Source: Clostridia bacterium
Lineage (GTDB): Bacteria; Bacillota; Clostridia; Oscillospirales; CAG-272
Reading direction: 5' to 3'
DNA: 64,000 bases
NCBI GenBank assembly: GCA_017537175.1
Contig: JAFYLH010000011.1
Span: 323-64,322 of the forward strand
Shown here piece by piece: positions 1 to 9,633 of the stretch. The notes beneath the pieces were generated by a model that was given only the letters and a program-made list of their open reading frames with translations, had not been told where the DNA came from and made no database searches. Position 1 is the stretch's first letter. Every line of letters begins with the position of its first letter. The translations under genes were made by a program, and so were the position numbers.

Positions 1-1
1 T

Positions 2-1558
2 ACAAATGTCAGAGTATCAAGAGCATTCTCTGATGATATGATACTCCAGCGCGACGAAGCCCTCTCTGTATGGGGTTTTGCAGATGCAAACAGCGGTGAT
101 GTTGTAGTTGAGCTTGACGGCAAGAGAGCATCCGCTCCTGTTGATGCCGAGGGTAACTGGAAGGTAACCTTCCCCTATACCTTTGCATACAACACCGAGC
201 CCCAGGATCTTAAGATCACCTCCGCTGACGGCGATATTGTAATTAAGAACGTTCTTATCGGTGATGTATACTACATCATCGGTCAGTCCAATGTTCTTTA
301 CAGCTTGGGCGAACAGATCTTTGACCTTAACCTTGTAGGCAGAGGCGGTGAGCTTCAGTATGACTTTGACGACAACCGCGATATGCGCTTCTTCCGTATA
401 TCGAGCTATGATTATCAGAATATGACAGGTGAGTTTGCACAGGGAACAGAGCTTGTTTACAACGATGTATTCAACGGCAGAACCTGGGAAAAGCCCTCCG
501 CGATCGGCGCGGCGCTTTCTAAGTATCAGCAGCCTGCAAACTCCTGGTACACCTTCCGTGAACAGATGGGTAAGGATGTGTTCTCAGCCCTCGGTTACCT
601 CTTTGCATACAATATGACAAACAAGTCCGAGGTTCCTGTAGGTGTGATCGAGCTTGACGCTACAGGTCTTCCCATAGCCTGCTTTGCTCCCAACGAGCTG
701 GCAGAGAAGTGGGGTCACGAGATCTATGACGAGGCAACAGGTACATATTACTTTGGTTACCAGGGTCTTATCAATCCCACAATGAAGACCAGATTTGTAT
801 ACAACCAGATGATCGCACCCCTCTCCAATTTCTCTATCGCAGGTATCATCTGGTATCAGGGTGAGTCTGACTGGTACAACGCAAAGGAACGCTTTGACAA
901 GGACTACTACAGCTTCCGTGATATGTTCACCGAGCTTATGGAATACTTCCGTGAGGATTTCGGCAACGATGACTTTGATGTTTATATGATGGAGTTCCCC
1001 TCACAGTTCAACGGAACTATGCAGGCATTCCTTGATGTAAGCTGGGTCAAGGGTGAATTAGGTATGGTACCTTCAATGCTTGATAACTGCTATATAGTAT
1101 CCTCCTCCGATCTCTTTAAGGATACCACCTGGTTTAATAATCCTCACCCCTATATCAAGCACCATCAGGCAACACGATTGGCTGAGATAGTAGCCGCAAG
1201 AAAGTTCGGTATGGGAGATCTCAATGACCTCCACGGACCCGTGCTTCGTGAGGTTATCTACGAGGGTACAAGCAAGGCATATATCAAGATGGACTATGTT
1301 GGTGCAGGACTTACCACCACCGATAAAACAGGTCATGTTAAGGGTATAGAGGTTCTTATCAACGTGAACGGAACACTCCAGTGGACCAAGCACGAGGGTA
1401 TGATAATCACAGGCACGGATACCATTACCATCGACACAGGCAGTTTTGAGCTTCTGGCAGTAAGATACAATCAGCATGTATCAAATGTCCAGGGTATTCA
1501 GATCAACCTCTGTAACGCATACGGTATGCCCGCAATTTCATTTACTGATTTTAAATAA
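2..1558 (+). CDS. SASA/DUF303-type carbohydrate O-acetylesterase (sialate O-acetylesterase-like), 5'-truncated by the window edge
   Basis: The frame is open from base 2, with no stop before the ORF-track ATG at 38. The family-typical string FSDDMILQRD spans that ATG, so the true start lies upstream of the window. YYIIGQSN and IIWYQGESD blocks are typical of SASA-type esterases. A hairpin terminator follows. Confidence 0.75.
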   Translation, partial: TNVRVSRAFSDDMILQRDEALSVWGFADANSGDVVVELDGKRASAPVDAEGNWKVTFPYTFAYNTEPQDLKITSADGDIVIKNVLIGDVYYIIGQSNVLYSLGEQIFDLNLVGRGGELQYDFDDNRDMRFFRISSYDYQNMTGEFAQGTELVYNDVFNGRTWEKPSAIGAALSKYQQPANSWYTFREQMGKDVFSALGYLFAYNMTNKSEVPVGVIELDATGLPIACFAPNELAEKWGHEIYDEATGTYYFGYQGLINPTMKTRFVYNQMIAPLSNFSIAGIIWYQGESDWYNAKERFDKDYYSFRDMFTELMEYFREDFGNDDFDVYMMEFPSQFNGTMQAFLDVSWVKGELGMVPSMLDNCYIVSSSDLFKDTTWFNNPHPYIKHHQATRLAEIVAARKFGMGDLNDLHGPVLREVIYEGTSKAYIKMDYVGAGLTTTDKTGHVKGIEVLINVNGTLQWTKHEGMIITGTDTITIDTGSFELLAVRYNQHVSNVQGIQINLCNAYGMPAISFTDFK

Positions 1559-1565
1559 TGCCCCA

Positions 1566-1592
1566 AATGCCCGTACAATGTACGGGCATTTT
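1566..1592 (+). terminator. Rho-independent terminator after the esterase gene
   Basis: aatgcccgta / tacgggcatt 10-bp stem with 5-nt loop, followed by tt; lies 8 nt after the stop codon. Confidence 0.7.
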
Positions 1593-1650
1593 ACTTGACT
1601 AAAGTGAGTAATTGTGGTACAATTTCTTTAATAATTTAAGGAGTTTTCCT

Positions 1651-2475
1651 ATGAACTTAAAAGAACAGATATTAAATACCAATATTACCGATGACCAGGC
1701 GGCGATCTGGTATCTCGGTCAGGAGTCAATGCTTATTAAATGTAAGGGCAAATATATTCTTTTTGATCCTTATCTTTCCGACTATGTAGACAGAGTATGC
1801 TCAAGCGAGGAGATAGTGTGGGCCCGCAGATATCCGGTGCCGATTGATCCCTCGGAGCTTGAATTTGTTGATTATGTATTTTTATCCCACGATCACGAGG
1901 ATCACTGTGACCCCGATACTTTGACGCCCTTTGCAAAAGCAAACAAAAAGGCAAAATATTTTTGCCCTCCCAATGCCAAGGGAACACTTAACCGTTGCGG
2001 TATAGATGATAAGAACATCATTTTCTGTTACGGTGGTAAAGAGGTAACCCTTGATGATATAAAGGTCTTACCTGTACCTGCAGCCCACGAGGAGCTTCAT
2101 TATGATGCTGACGGTAATTTCATGGAGCTTGGCTATACGGTAAGTGTAGGAGACATTTCCTTCTTCCATTCGGGTGATATGTGTCCCTATGACACTATTG
2201 ATGAATATATAACCGACTGTAATGTGGCTATGATAGCCATTAACGGCAGAGATGAGTACAGGCTGGCTCACGGCATAGAAGGAAACTTCGATGCCTCAGA
2301 GGCTCTTGAAATGGCTCATAAGATGCATGCAGATATTCTTATCCCTATGCACTTTGATCTCTATGATGTAAACTCTGTTCCTATGGGCGAGCTTGCAAAT
2401 GTAATGGAAAATGAAAAAGCATTTATCCCCAACCATGTATTTATGCCCGGGGAAAGATATATTTATATGAGGTAA
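1651..2475 (+). CDS. MBL-fold metallo-hydrolase (UlaG-like)
   Basis: LSHDHEDHCD (HxHxDH metallo-beta-lactamase motif). ATG at 1651 is preceded by aaggag at 1638-1643, so the longer ORF-track start at 1612 is unlikely. Confidence 0.8.
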   Translation: MNLKEQILNTNITDDQAAIWYLGQESMLIKCKGKYILFDPYLSDYVDRVCSSEEIVWARRYPVPIDPSELEFVDYVFLSHDHEDHCDPDTLTPFAKANKKAKYFCPPNAKGTLNRCGIDDKNIIFCYGGKEVTLDDIKVLPVPAAHEELHYDADGNFMELGYTVSVGDISFFHSGDMCPYDTIDEYITDCNVAMIAINGRDEYRLAHGIEGNFDASEALEMAHKMHADILIPMHFDLYDVNSVPMGELANVMENEKAFIPNHVFMPGERYIYMR

Positions 2476-2478
2476 ATT

Positions 2479-3627
2479 ATGATAATAAACACACCGCCTA
2501 TGGGCTGGAACTCCTGGAACACCTTTGGTCACGATATAAACGAGGAGCTTATAAAGGAAATAGCAGACATTATGGTAGCAGACGGTTATCTTGATGCAGG
2601 CTATGAATATCTTGTTATTGACGATTGCTGGCAGGCTGATACACGTGACAAAAACGGCAGACTGACCCCCGATAAAAATAAATTTCCCAACGGAATGAAG
2701 GCGGTAGGCGACTACATTCATTCAAAGGGGCTTAAGTTCGGTATCTATTCCTGTGCGGGACAGCTTACCTGTGAGGGCTTTCCGGGAAGCTATGAGCATG
2801 AGTTTGTTGATGCCCGGACCTTCGCAGAATGGGGAGTAGACTTTTTAAAGTATGATTTCTGCTTTAAGCCAAAGGGTGCTGACACCGCCTGTCTATACCG
2901 CCGTATGGGTATGGCTCTTGCAAATTGCGGACGTGATATACTATTTTCTGCCTGCTCTTGGGGTGCAGAGGAGACCCGCAAATGGGCAAAGACCACAGGC
3001 GCGCATATGTGGCGCTCTACAGGCGATATCGTAGATTCTGCGGCATCCATCAAGGATCACGCATATGTAATAGACCGTGACCTTAAGTATATGTCTACTT
3101 CCTCCTATGCTGACTTTGATATGCTGGTTGTAGGTATGCACGGTGACGGAAATGTGGGTGTAGGCGGAGCCACTGACGAAATGTACCGTAGCCACTTTAC
3201 CTTCTGGGCACAGATGAGTTCACCTCTTATGATAGGCTGTGATATCCGTAATGTAAATGAATATACTAAGCAGACCCTGCTTAATAAGGATATTATTGCT
3301 ATCAATAAGGAAAGCTATTGGCAGCCCTATGAGATTGGTCAGATAGGCAGCTGGAATCCTAAGGGTAATCCGGTATACTGTAAGCTTCTTTCGACAGGTG
3401 AGCTTGCCATCGGTATTTATAACTTCTACGAGGACGAGGCAAATCTCTCCACACCCCTTGACCGTATCGGTCTTAATATGTCAACGGGCAAGACCCTTGA
3501 AATGACCGATATATGGACAGGGAAGAAGGAGATAGTACATAACGGAGTGCATAAGGTAAAGATCGAGCCCTGGGGCTGCAGACTCTATCGTTGCCGTATA
3601 GTTGATCTTCAGTATGGCGATATGTAA
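2479..3627 (+). CDS. Alpha-galactosidase, glycoside hydrolase family 27
   Basis: N-terminal PPMGWNSWNTF, VIDDCWQ and LKYDFC blocks characteristic of GH27/melibiase; gagg RBS upstream. Confidence 0.85.
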   Translation: MIINTPPMGWNSWNTFGHDINEELIKEIADIMVADGYLDAGYEYLVIDDCWQADTRDKNGRLTPDKNKFPNGMKAVGDYIHSKGLKFGIYSCAGQLTCEGFPGSYEHEFVDARTFAEWGVDFLKYDFCFKPKGADTACLYRRMGMALANCGRDILFSACSWGAEETRKWAKTTGAHMWRSTGDIVDSAASIKDHAYVIDRDLKYMSTSSYADFDMLVVGMHGDGNVGVGGATDEMYRSHFTFWAQMSSPLMIGCDIRNVNEYTKQTLLNKDIIAINKESYWQPYEIGQIGSWNPKGNPVYCKLLSTGELAIGIYNFYEDEANLSTPLDRIGLNMSTGKTLEMTDIWTGKKEIVHNGVHKVKIEPWGCRLYRCRIVDLQYGDM

Positions 3628-3811
3628 TAACTGCGGCAGACAGCTGCACAAGGACGAGAAGGCAATTTATAAAAGACTTATAAACAGAGCTGCAACCGAG
3701 GATGAGCTATTGTGCAAGCTTTGTCTTGCAAGCAAGCTGGCTGTAACCGAAACTGTGATTGAGGAAAAGATAAAGCATTTCCGTGATATAGGATGTACTT
3801 TGTTTATGTGA
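3614..3811 (+). CDS. Small Cys-containing conserved hypothetical protein (65 aa)
   Basis: MAICNNCGRQL...LLCKLCLA...IGCTLFM. It resembles short CxxC proteins I recall from Clostridia. It overlaps the GH27 stop by 14 nt. The function is unknown and the start is uncertain. Confidence 0.5.
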   Translation: MAICNNCGRQLHKDEKAIYKRLINRAATEDELLCKLCLASKLAVTETVIEEKIKHFRDIGCTLFM

Positions 3812-3832
3812 TAATGATATAAAAAGCGGCAA

Positions 3833-3938
3833 GGTGCCGCGAACCCCTAAAGCTCGACGAGCTCGCTTCGGGGAACCCCGGTGCCGCGAACCCCCAAAGC
3901 TCGACGAGCTCGCTTCGGGGAACCCCGGTGCCGCACCC
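3833..3938. repeat. 47-bp direct tandem repeat, 2.25 copies
   Basis: Units at 3833-3879 and 3880-3926 differ at one position (t/c after gaacccc). A third partial unit ggtgccgc(a)cc lies at 3927-3938. Each unit contains an imperfect hairpin cccc(t/c)aaagc ... gcttcgggg. Confidence 0.9.
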
Positions 3939-3995
3939 AAAAACGCCCGTTAATTCAGTTTTACAAATCACACGAAATAGAGTAATTTCATATAT

Positions 3996-4027
3996 GTTAA
4001 AAAGGAGACAGCAAAAGCTGTCTCCTT
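3996..4027 (-). terminator. Rho-independent terminator of the antiporter gene
   Basis: aaggagacagc / gctgtctcctt 11-bp stem with aaaa loop, followed on the minus strand by tttttaa; overlaps the stop codon. Confidence 0.7.
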
Positions 4028-5006
4028 AAATTATTTGCAGTTGTCTTAATATCAGATATGTAGTATAAAGCAGGTATGTCAAAACCATTATTATACCAAG
4101 CCATCTGTCTACGCGCTTTCTTATAGCTATCGGAATGAAGAAAATCACCGATATAGCAAGCAAAATTCCAATATCATATATGTAGGTTGTGCTTACAGTC
4201 ATAGGGAAGATTGTAGCTGAGGTGCCCAAAATCAACAGAATGTTGAATATGTTAGAACCAACCACATTACCCACAGCAATATCACTTTCGCCTTTTCTTG
4301 CGGCAACAATAGATGTTACAAGCTCAGGCAAGGAAGTACCGAGAGCAACAACGGTAAGTCCTATAAGTGCATCACTCAAGCCTAACTTTTGTGCAATATC
4401 CTTTGCTCCTTCAACGGTCAGATCACCGCCTATAATGATAGCAGCAAGACCAATCACACCAAGTATTACGGTAAGCCAAAAAGGCTTTGCCTTACCGTTT
4501 TCATCAGTATTCTCTGAGCTGTCGCGATTTTTTAAACCTTCCCAGAGAATAAATGCCATAAATCCGGCAAAACAGATAAGAAGTATGATACCGTCGATAC
4601 GGCTGATTTCCATATTTTCTTTACCAAATACTCTATCAAGACAGAAGATGCCCAGAAGTGCAGTTATAAATATTGAAATAGGATAATCGTGTTTGATGAT
4701 ACTTTTCTGTACAACAACGGGTGTTATTGCGGCACTTGTGCCCAGCACCACCAAGGTGTTAAAAATGTTTGATCCAACTACATTACCTACTGCAATATCA
4801 TTCGACTCTTTTAATGCAGCAGTAATGCTGACCGCAAGCTCCGGGGCACTTGTGCCAAAGGCAACTATAGTCAAGCCTATAATAATACTGGGAATATGCA
4901 GTTTTTTTGCAATGCTTGAAGCACCGTCAACAAAGTAGTCAGCGCCCTTTATCAGAAGGACAAAACCAAAAACCAATGATAAAATTGCAATTATAATTTC
5001 TTTCAT
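4026..5006 (-). CDS. Ca2+/Na+ antiporter, CaCA family (YrbG-type)
   Basis: Two alpha-repeat signatures GNVVGSNIFN in a polytopic membrane protein. Start MKEIII at 5006 is preceded by aggtg; the upstream ATG at 5033 lacks an RBS. Confidence 0.85.
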   Translation of the reverse strand: MKEIIIAILSLVFGFVLLIKGADYFVDGASSIAKKLHIPSIIIGLTIVAFGTSAPELAVSITAALKESNDIAVGNVVGSNIFNTLVVLGTSAAITPVVVQKSIIKHDYPISIFITALLGIFCLDRVFGKENMEISRIDGIILLICFAGFMAFILWEGLKNRDSSENTDENGKAKPFWLTVILGVIGLAAIIIGGDLTVEGAKDIAQKLGLSDALIGLTVVALGTSLPELVTSIVAARKGESDIAVGNVVGSNIFNILLILGTSATIFPMTVSTTYIYDIGILLAISVIFFIPIAIRKRVDRWLGIIMVLTYLLYTTYLILRQLQII

Positions 5007-5031
5007 AATACACCTATAATTTTGCAAAATC

Positions 5032-5055
5032 AAAGGGATGCCGGAGCATCCCTTT
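5032..5055 (-). terminator. Terminator after rpsU
   Basis: aaagggatgc / gcatcccttt 10-bp stem with 4-nt loop, followed on the minus strand by gattttgc. Confidence 0.6.
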
Positions 5056-5066
5056 AAATTCAGATC

Positions 5067-5243
5067 TTACTTGTACTTACGCTTTCTTGCAGCTTCAGAC
5101 TTCTTCTTGCGCTTAACGCTGGGCTTTTCGTAATGCTCTCTCTTACGGAGCTCTGCGAGTACACCGCTTCTTGCGCACTGTCTCTTGAATCTACGAAGAG
5201 CGCTGTCTAAAGATTCATTATCCTTAACTTTAACTTCTGCCAT
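5067..5243 (-). CDS. rpsU: 30S ribosomal protein S21
   Basis: [42 protein letters not shown]... is a near-textbook S21 sequence; gaggggaggg RBS upstream. Confidence 0.95.
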   Translation of the reverse strand: MAEVKVKDNESLDSALRRFKRQCARSGVLAELRKREHYEKPSVKRKKKSEAARKRKYK

Positions 5244-5293
5244 TTTCAACCCTCCCCTCGCTTGTCCAAAGAGATCTTAAAATTTACCATACA

Positions 5294-5322
5294 ATTATAC
5301 AATAAGTTTCAAATTATGTCAA
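5294..5322 (-). promoter_or_regulatory. Sigma-A type promoter for rpsU
   Basis: Minus strand reads TTGACA - 17 nt - TATAAT (complement of 5317-5322 and 5294-5299). Confidence 0.6.
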
Positions 5323-5365
5323 TAGGTTTATTGAAATAAATTCAAATTTCAAAATGTAAAATACA

Positions 5366-5405
5366 AAATAGAGGAGGATTTTCGTCCGTATGGGACGAAA
5401 ATCTT
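5366..5405 (-). terminator. Rho-independent terminator of leuS
   Basis: 13-bp stem aggattttcgtcc / ggacgaaaatctt (one G-U pair) with 5-nt loop, followed on the minus strand by a T-rich tract (ctctattttgtatttt). Confidence 0.7.
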
Positions 5406-5411
5406 CAACAA

Positions 5412-7835
5412 TTATTTAGCTACAATATTAACCAGCTTGCCGGGAACATATATTTCCTTTACGATGCTCTTGCCGTCAATAAAGGACTTGACATTCTCGT
5501 TTTCCTTAGCCTGTGCTATTATAGCATCCTTTGCGTCATCAACAGCGATCATCATAGTACCTCTAACCTTGCCGTTGACCTGAATTGCGATCTCAACTGT
5601 GTTGTCAACAGTCTTTGCCTCGTCATACTCGGGCCACTTTGCAATAGAGAGAAGTCCTTCACCGCCAAACTCGCTCCAGATCTCCTCTGTAAGGTGAGGA
5701 GCGAAGGGATTGAGCAGGGTAATAAGAGTCTTAAGCTCGTCTACCGAAGCATTGCCGCGGTTGTAGAGATCATTTGTCAGGGACATCATAGCAGCGATAG
5801 CGGTATTGAACTTCATACTGTCGATATCCTCGGTAACCTTCTTTATGGTCTTATGGAAAGCGGATTCAAGATCAGCACCGTAGCCTGTCTTTGTCTCGTC
5901 AACCATATTTCTGAGGTTAGCCACACGGTCAAGGAATCTCTTACAGCCCTTGATGCTTTCTGTAGACCAGGGAGCAGACTTTTCAAAGTCGCCGATAAAC
6001 ATTTCGTAGAGACGGAGTGTATCTGCACCGTATTCGGCAATTACATCGTCGGGATTGATTACATTGCCTCTGGACTTAGACATCTTTTCGCCGTTTGCAC
6101 CAAGTATCATACCGTGTGCGGTTCTCTTGAGGTAAGGCTCCTTGCAGGATAGTACGCCGATATCATAGAGGAACTTTGCCCAGAAACGGGAGTAGAGCAG
6201 GTGAAGTGTTACGTGCTCCATACCACCGTTATACCAGTCAACAGGCATCCAGTAGTCAAGAGCCTCCTTGGCTGCACAAGCCTCGGTATTGTTGGGGTCA
6301 CAGTAACGCATAAAGTACCATGAAGAGCCCGCCCAGTTAGGCATTGTGTCTGTCTCACGCTTAGCGGGTGCGCCGCAATGAGGACAGGTGGTGTTTACCC
6401 AGTCTGTACACTTGGAGAGAGGAGATTCTCCTGTATCTGTAGGCTCGTATGCATCCACATCGGGTAGCATAAGGGGAAGCTGATCCTCGGGCAGGGGAAC
6501 CCAGCCGCACTTTTCACAGTAAACCATGGGAACAGGCTCGCCCCAGTATCTCTGACGAGAGAATACCCAGTCACGGAGCTTGTAGTTTATCTTCTTATGA
6601 CCAAGTCCTTCTGCCTCAAGCCATTCGATTATCTTAACCTTTGCGTCAGCTACCTCAAGACCATCAAGGAAACCGGAGTTTACCATCTTGCCGCTTTCAA
6701 CATCGGTAAATGCTTCGTTCTGTACATCGCCGCCTGCAACTACCTCGATGATGGGAAGCTCAAACTTCTTTGCAAACTCCCAGTCACGGGTATCGTGGGC
6801 AGGAACTGCCATAATAGCACCTGTACCGTAGGTAGCAAGTACATAGTCGGAAATATATATGGGTATCTCCTTGCCGTTAACAGGGTTTATAGCTGTCACA
6901 CCGTCAAGGCGTACACCGGTCTTATCCTTCTGGAGCTCTGTTCTCTCAAAGTCGCTCTTCTTTGCAGCTTCCTTCTGATATTCCTTGATCTCGTCGAGGT
7001 TTGTCAGCTTGTCAGCCCACTTTTCGATAAGAGTGTGCTCGGGAGAAATAACCATATATGTTGCACCAAAAAGGGTGTCGGGACGGGTTGTATATACAAT
7101 GATCTCATCGCCCTCAGAGGACTTGAAATTAACCTCAGCGCCTTCACTTCTGCCGATCCAGTTGATCTCCTGGGTCTTAACTCTTTCGATAAAGTCGAGG
7201 TCAGCCAGGTCATCTATAAGTCTCTGTGCATACTCGGTGATCTTAAGCATCCACTGGCTCTTAACCTTGTGAACTACCTCGCTTCCGCAACGCTCACAAA
7301 CACCGTTGACAACCTCTTCGTTTGCAAGAACTACCTTACAGGAGGTACAGAAGTTAACATTCATTTCCTTCTTGTATGCAAGACCGTGCTTGTAGAGCTG
7401 GAGGAATATCCACTGTGTCCACTTGTAGTATTCGGGAGAGGAGGTGTTGATCTCGCGGGACCAGTCAAAGCTGAGACCCAGAGCCTGAAGCTGGCTCTTG
7501 AAGCGGGCAACATTTTTCTCGGTAACTAATGTAGGATGGATGTGATTTTTGATAGCATAGTTTTCGGTAGGCAGACCAAAGGCATCCCAGCCGATGGGAT
7601 AGAGCACATTGTAGCCCTGCATTCTCTTCTTACGGGAAACAATGTCAAGGGCGGTATAGGGTCTGGGATGACCGATGTGGAGACCCTGTCCGGAGGGATA
7701 GGGGAACTCAACCAGTGCAAAATACTTGGGCTTGGAATAGTCTGTGGTAGCTTCAAATGCCTTTTTGTCAGCCCATTCCTTCTGCCATTTTGAGTCTATT
7801 TTAGAAAACTCATATCTGTTGTCGAACTTACTCAT
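5412..7835 (-). CDS. leuS: Leucine--tRNA ligase
   Basis: 807 aa; HIGH-type motif [15 protein letters not shown] motif, and CxxC zinc clusters typical of bacterial LeuRS. Confidence 0.97.
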   Translation of the reverse strand: MSKFDNRYEFSKIDSKWQKEWADKKAFEATTDYSKPKYFALVEFPYPSGQGLHIGHPRPYTALDIVSRKKRMQGYNVLYPIGWDAFGLPTENYAIKNHIHPTLVTEKNVARFKSQLQALGLSFDWSREINTSSPEYYKWTQWIFLQLYKHGLAYKKEMNVNFCTSCKVVLANEEVVNGVCERCGSEVVHKVKSQWMLKITEYAQRLIDDLADLDFIERVKTQEINWIGRSEGAEVNFKSSEGDEIIVYTTRPDTLFGATYMVISPEHTLIEKWADKLTNLDEIKEYQKEAAKKSDFERTELQKDKTGVRLDGVTAINPVNGKEIPIYISDYVLATYGTGAIMAVPAHDTRDWEFAKKFELPIIEVVAGGDVQNEAFTDVESGKMVNSGFLDGLEVADAKVKIIEWLEAEGLGHKKINYKLRDWVFSRQRYWGEPVPMVYCEKCGWVPLPEDQLPLMLPDVDAYEPTDTGESPLSKCTDWVNTTCPHCGAPAKRETDTMPNWAGSSWYFMRYCDPNNTEACAAKEALDYWMPVDWYNGGMEHVTLHLLYSRFWAKFLYDIGVLSCKEPYLKRTAHGMILGANGEKMSKSRGNVINPDDVIAEYGADTLRLYEMFIGDFEKSAPWSTESIKGCKRFLDRVANLRNMVDETKTGYGADLESAFHKTIKKVTEDIDSMKFNTAIAAMMSLTNDLYNRGNASVDELKTLITLLNPFAPHLTEEIWSEFGGEGLLSIAKWPEYDEAKTVDNTVEIAIQVNGKVRGTMMIAVDDAKDAIIAQAKENENVKSFIDGKSIVKEIYVPGKLVNIVAK

Positions 7836-8226
7836 TTGTCTCTTCTTCCTTTTTTATAAACTGATCAATGTTTACGACCTCAGAGTCGTTCCAAAGTTTT
7901 TCAAGATTGTAAAATTCGCGGCTTTCACGGTTAAAGATGTGAACTATAACAGAGGCATAGTCCATAACTATCCATGCAGCCTCGCTGAAGCCTTCCATAG
8001 AGGTAGGGGGTAAACCTTTTTCGGAGGTCTTCATATCCAGCTCGTCGGCAAGCGCCTTGATCTGGGTGTTTGAGTTACCTGTACAGATTACAAAGTAATC
8101 GGTAATGGTTGTCTGATCCTTAACATGGAGCATTTTGATATTGTGGGCCTTTTTGTTGTAAAGGATATTTACTATTTCCTTTGCAAGCTCAAGGGGCTCG
8201 GTGTGAGATAAAATTTTTTCGTTCAT
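7828..8226 (-). CDS. rsfS: Ribosome silencing factor RsfS (Iojap family)
   Basis: [22 protein letters not shown] and [14 protein letters not shown] blocks. Start MNEKIL at 8226 follows ggag; the 3' end overlaps the leuS start by 8 nt. Confidence 0.9.
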   Translation of the reverse strand: MNEKILSHTEPLELAKEIVNILYNKKAHNIKMLHVKDQTTITDYFVICTGNSNTQIKALADELDMKTSEKGLPPTSMEGFSEAAWIVMDYASVIVHIFNRESREFYNLEKLWNDSEVVNIDQFIKKEEETNE

Positions 8227-8246
8227 TTTCTTCTCCGTAAGTGTAT

Positions 8247-8274
8247 ATTTTAAAATGCAGAGTGCAGAATGCAA
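8247..8274 (-). promoter_or_regulatory. Candidate promoter for rsfS-leuS
   Basis: Minus strand reads TTGCAT - 16 nt - TAAAAT. The -35 element and the spacer are built from the heptamer repeats at 8255-8282. Confidence 0.45.
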
Positions 8275-8282
8275 AATGCAGA
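8255..8282. repeat. Four tandem heptamers (A/G)TGCA(G/A)A
   Basis: atgcaga gtgcaga atgcaaa atgcaga read directly from the plus strand, 30-55 nt upstream of the rsfS start. Confidence 0.8.
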
Positions 8283-8291
8283 ATTATGGTG

Positions 8292-8315
8292 GGAAAGAGT
8301 TCTGCAACTCTTTCC
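8292..8315 (-). terminator. Hairpin downstream of the LCP gene (weak terminator candidate)
   Basis: ggaaagagtt / aactctttcc 10-bp stem with 4-nt loop; no clear U-tract on the minus strand. Confidence 0.4.
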
Positions 8316-8433
8316 TCCATTAAATTTTTATCTTAAAATGTTGTACTTTAATCGGTTTTATATTACATCACCCTCGTGTGATGATTAAAAACTATAGCTT
8401 ACTTCACCCGATTATCGCAGCGGGTCCTACCCG

Positions 8434-9633
8434 CTACCAGGCGCGGTTTATGTCAAGACCGTCCTGCTGGATGTCCTCTGCGCTGTGAGTACCGTCAAAC
8501 TCCTCAGTAGAGTTGTAAACGGCATTAATTGTAGAGTCGTTTAAGATGGTAAAATTGAAGTCTGCATCAAATACATTCTCGGGAATATCCTCGTTGAATA
8601 CATTAAAGCTCTCGTTTGCTACCTTGTACATTGCCGCCCTGTGGATTACCACATATGAGCCGCCGTAGTATGTAACGGGGGTGTTGGGGGCGGTAAACAT
8701 AGTAATGTTTGAGAAATCCATCTGCATTGCTTCCTTAACAAAGTAAGCGGCATCGTTGACCGAAAGGGAGTGCTCAAGATTGCCCATAATAGTTGTGACT
8801 ACCGGTACAACATTTGTAATGGATATCTTATTCTTAAAGGACTCCATAAATGCTGTCATAAACAGCTTCTGTGCGTCCTGACGACCCAAGTCGCCGTTTA
8901 CATAGCTTGAACGGAAGCGGACAAACTGCTCTGCCATATCACCGTCAAGCGTCTGCTGACCCTCATAAAGGTCGATATAAAGAGGGGGATTCTGATATTC
9001 GTCGGTATAATACATACGGTAGGGAACATACATATCAACACCGCCGATGGCATCTACTATTGCACCAAAGCCGTCAAGGTTCATATATGCGTAGTAGTCT
9101 ATGTTGATTGCAAGATTGGAGCTTAAGGTCTGTGCAAGACCCTTCATACCGTCTGCTATCTTTCCGTCTGTATCTGTTTCGGAGGATGAATTATAGAATG
9201 TTCCGAATACGGAATTCAGCTTTCTTGGAGTACCGTCAACTGTGATAAAGGTATCACGGGGCATCTGCATAATGGTCATAGAATCATTTTTTAGATCAAG
9301 ATTAATGATCATCATAACATCGGTGTTCAAAGCAACTGCATCACGGCCAACTACAAGGAAATTGAAGGATTCATCCTCACGACCGCTTGTGGACAGAGAA
9401 TCACCGTTGCTGTCTACAATATTTTCCTGCCAGGGGGCAACCGATTGAACTGTAGGCTTGTTTATAAACAGGCCTGAAATATAATTAATGATACCCGGTA
9501 ATGTTAAACCTGCTGAAAACGCTGTTACGCCGACCAATGTAATGATCGAAAGGGTCAGTATAACAATAAGTGTAATTATAAGGGGCTTTGCGCTGTTATG
9601 CTTTTTGTTTTTAGGAATTCTTGTTTTACTCAT
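8434..9633 (-). CDS. LCP family protein (LytR-CpsA-Psr cell-envelope phosphotransferase)
   Basis: N-terminal TM anchor followed by FNFLVVGRD...DVMMIINLD...MPRDTF blocks typical of the LytR_cpsA_psr domain. Confidence 0.85.
   Translation of the reverse strand: MSKTRIPKNKKHNSAKPLIITLIVILTLSIITLVGVTAFSAGLTLPGIINYISGLFINKPTVQSVAPWQENIVDSNGDSLSTSGREDESFNFLVVGRDAVALNTDVMMIINLDLKNDSMTIMQMPRDTFITVDGTPRKLNSVFGTFYNSSSETDTDGKIADGMKGLAQTLSSNLAINIDYYAYMNLDGFGAIVDAIGGVDMYVPYRMYYTDEYQNPPLYIDLYEGQQTLDGDMAEQFVRFRSSYVNGDLGRQDAQKLFMTAFMESFKNKISITNVVPVVTTIMGNLEHSLSVNDAAYFVKEAMQMDFSNITMFTAPNTPVTYYGGSYVVIHRAAMYKVANESFNVFNEDIPENVFDADFNFTILNDSTINAVYNSTEEFDGTHSAEDIQQDGLDINRAW

Noticed and set aside
3833-3938. The tandem repeat considered as a mini-CRISPR array.
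   Set aside because: The units are directly abutting with no spacers, there are only 2.25 copies, and there are no cas genes in the window.
8227-8433. A T-box leader upstream of rsfS-leuS.
   Set aside because: There is no T-box consensus (…GGGTGGTACCGCG…) and no specifier-loop architecture. leuS is translationally overlapped with rsfS, and the region is only about 200 nt with a simple hairpin.
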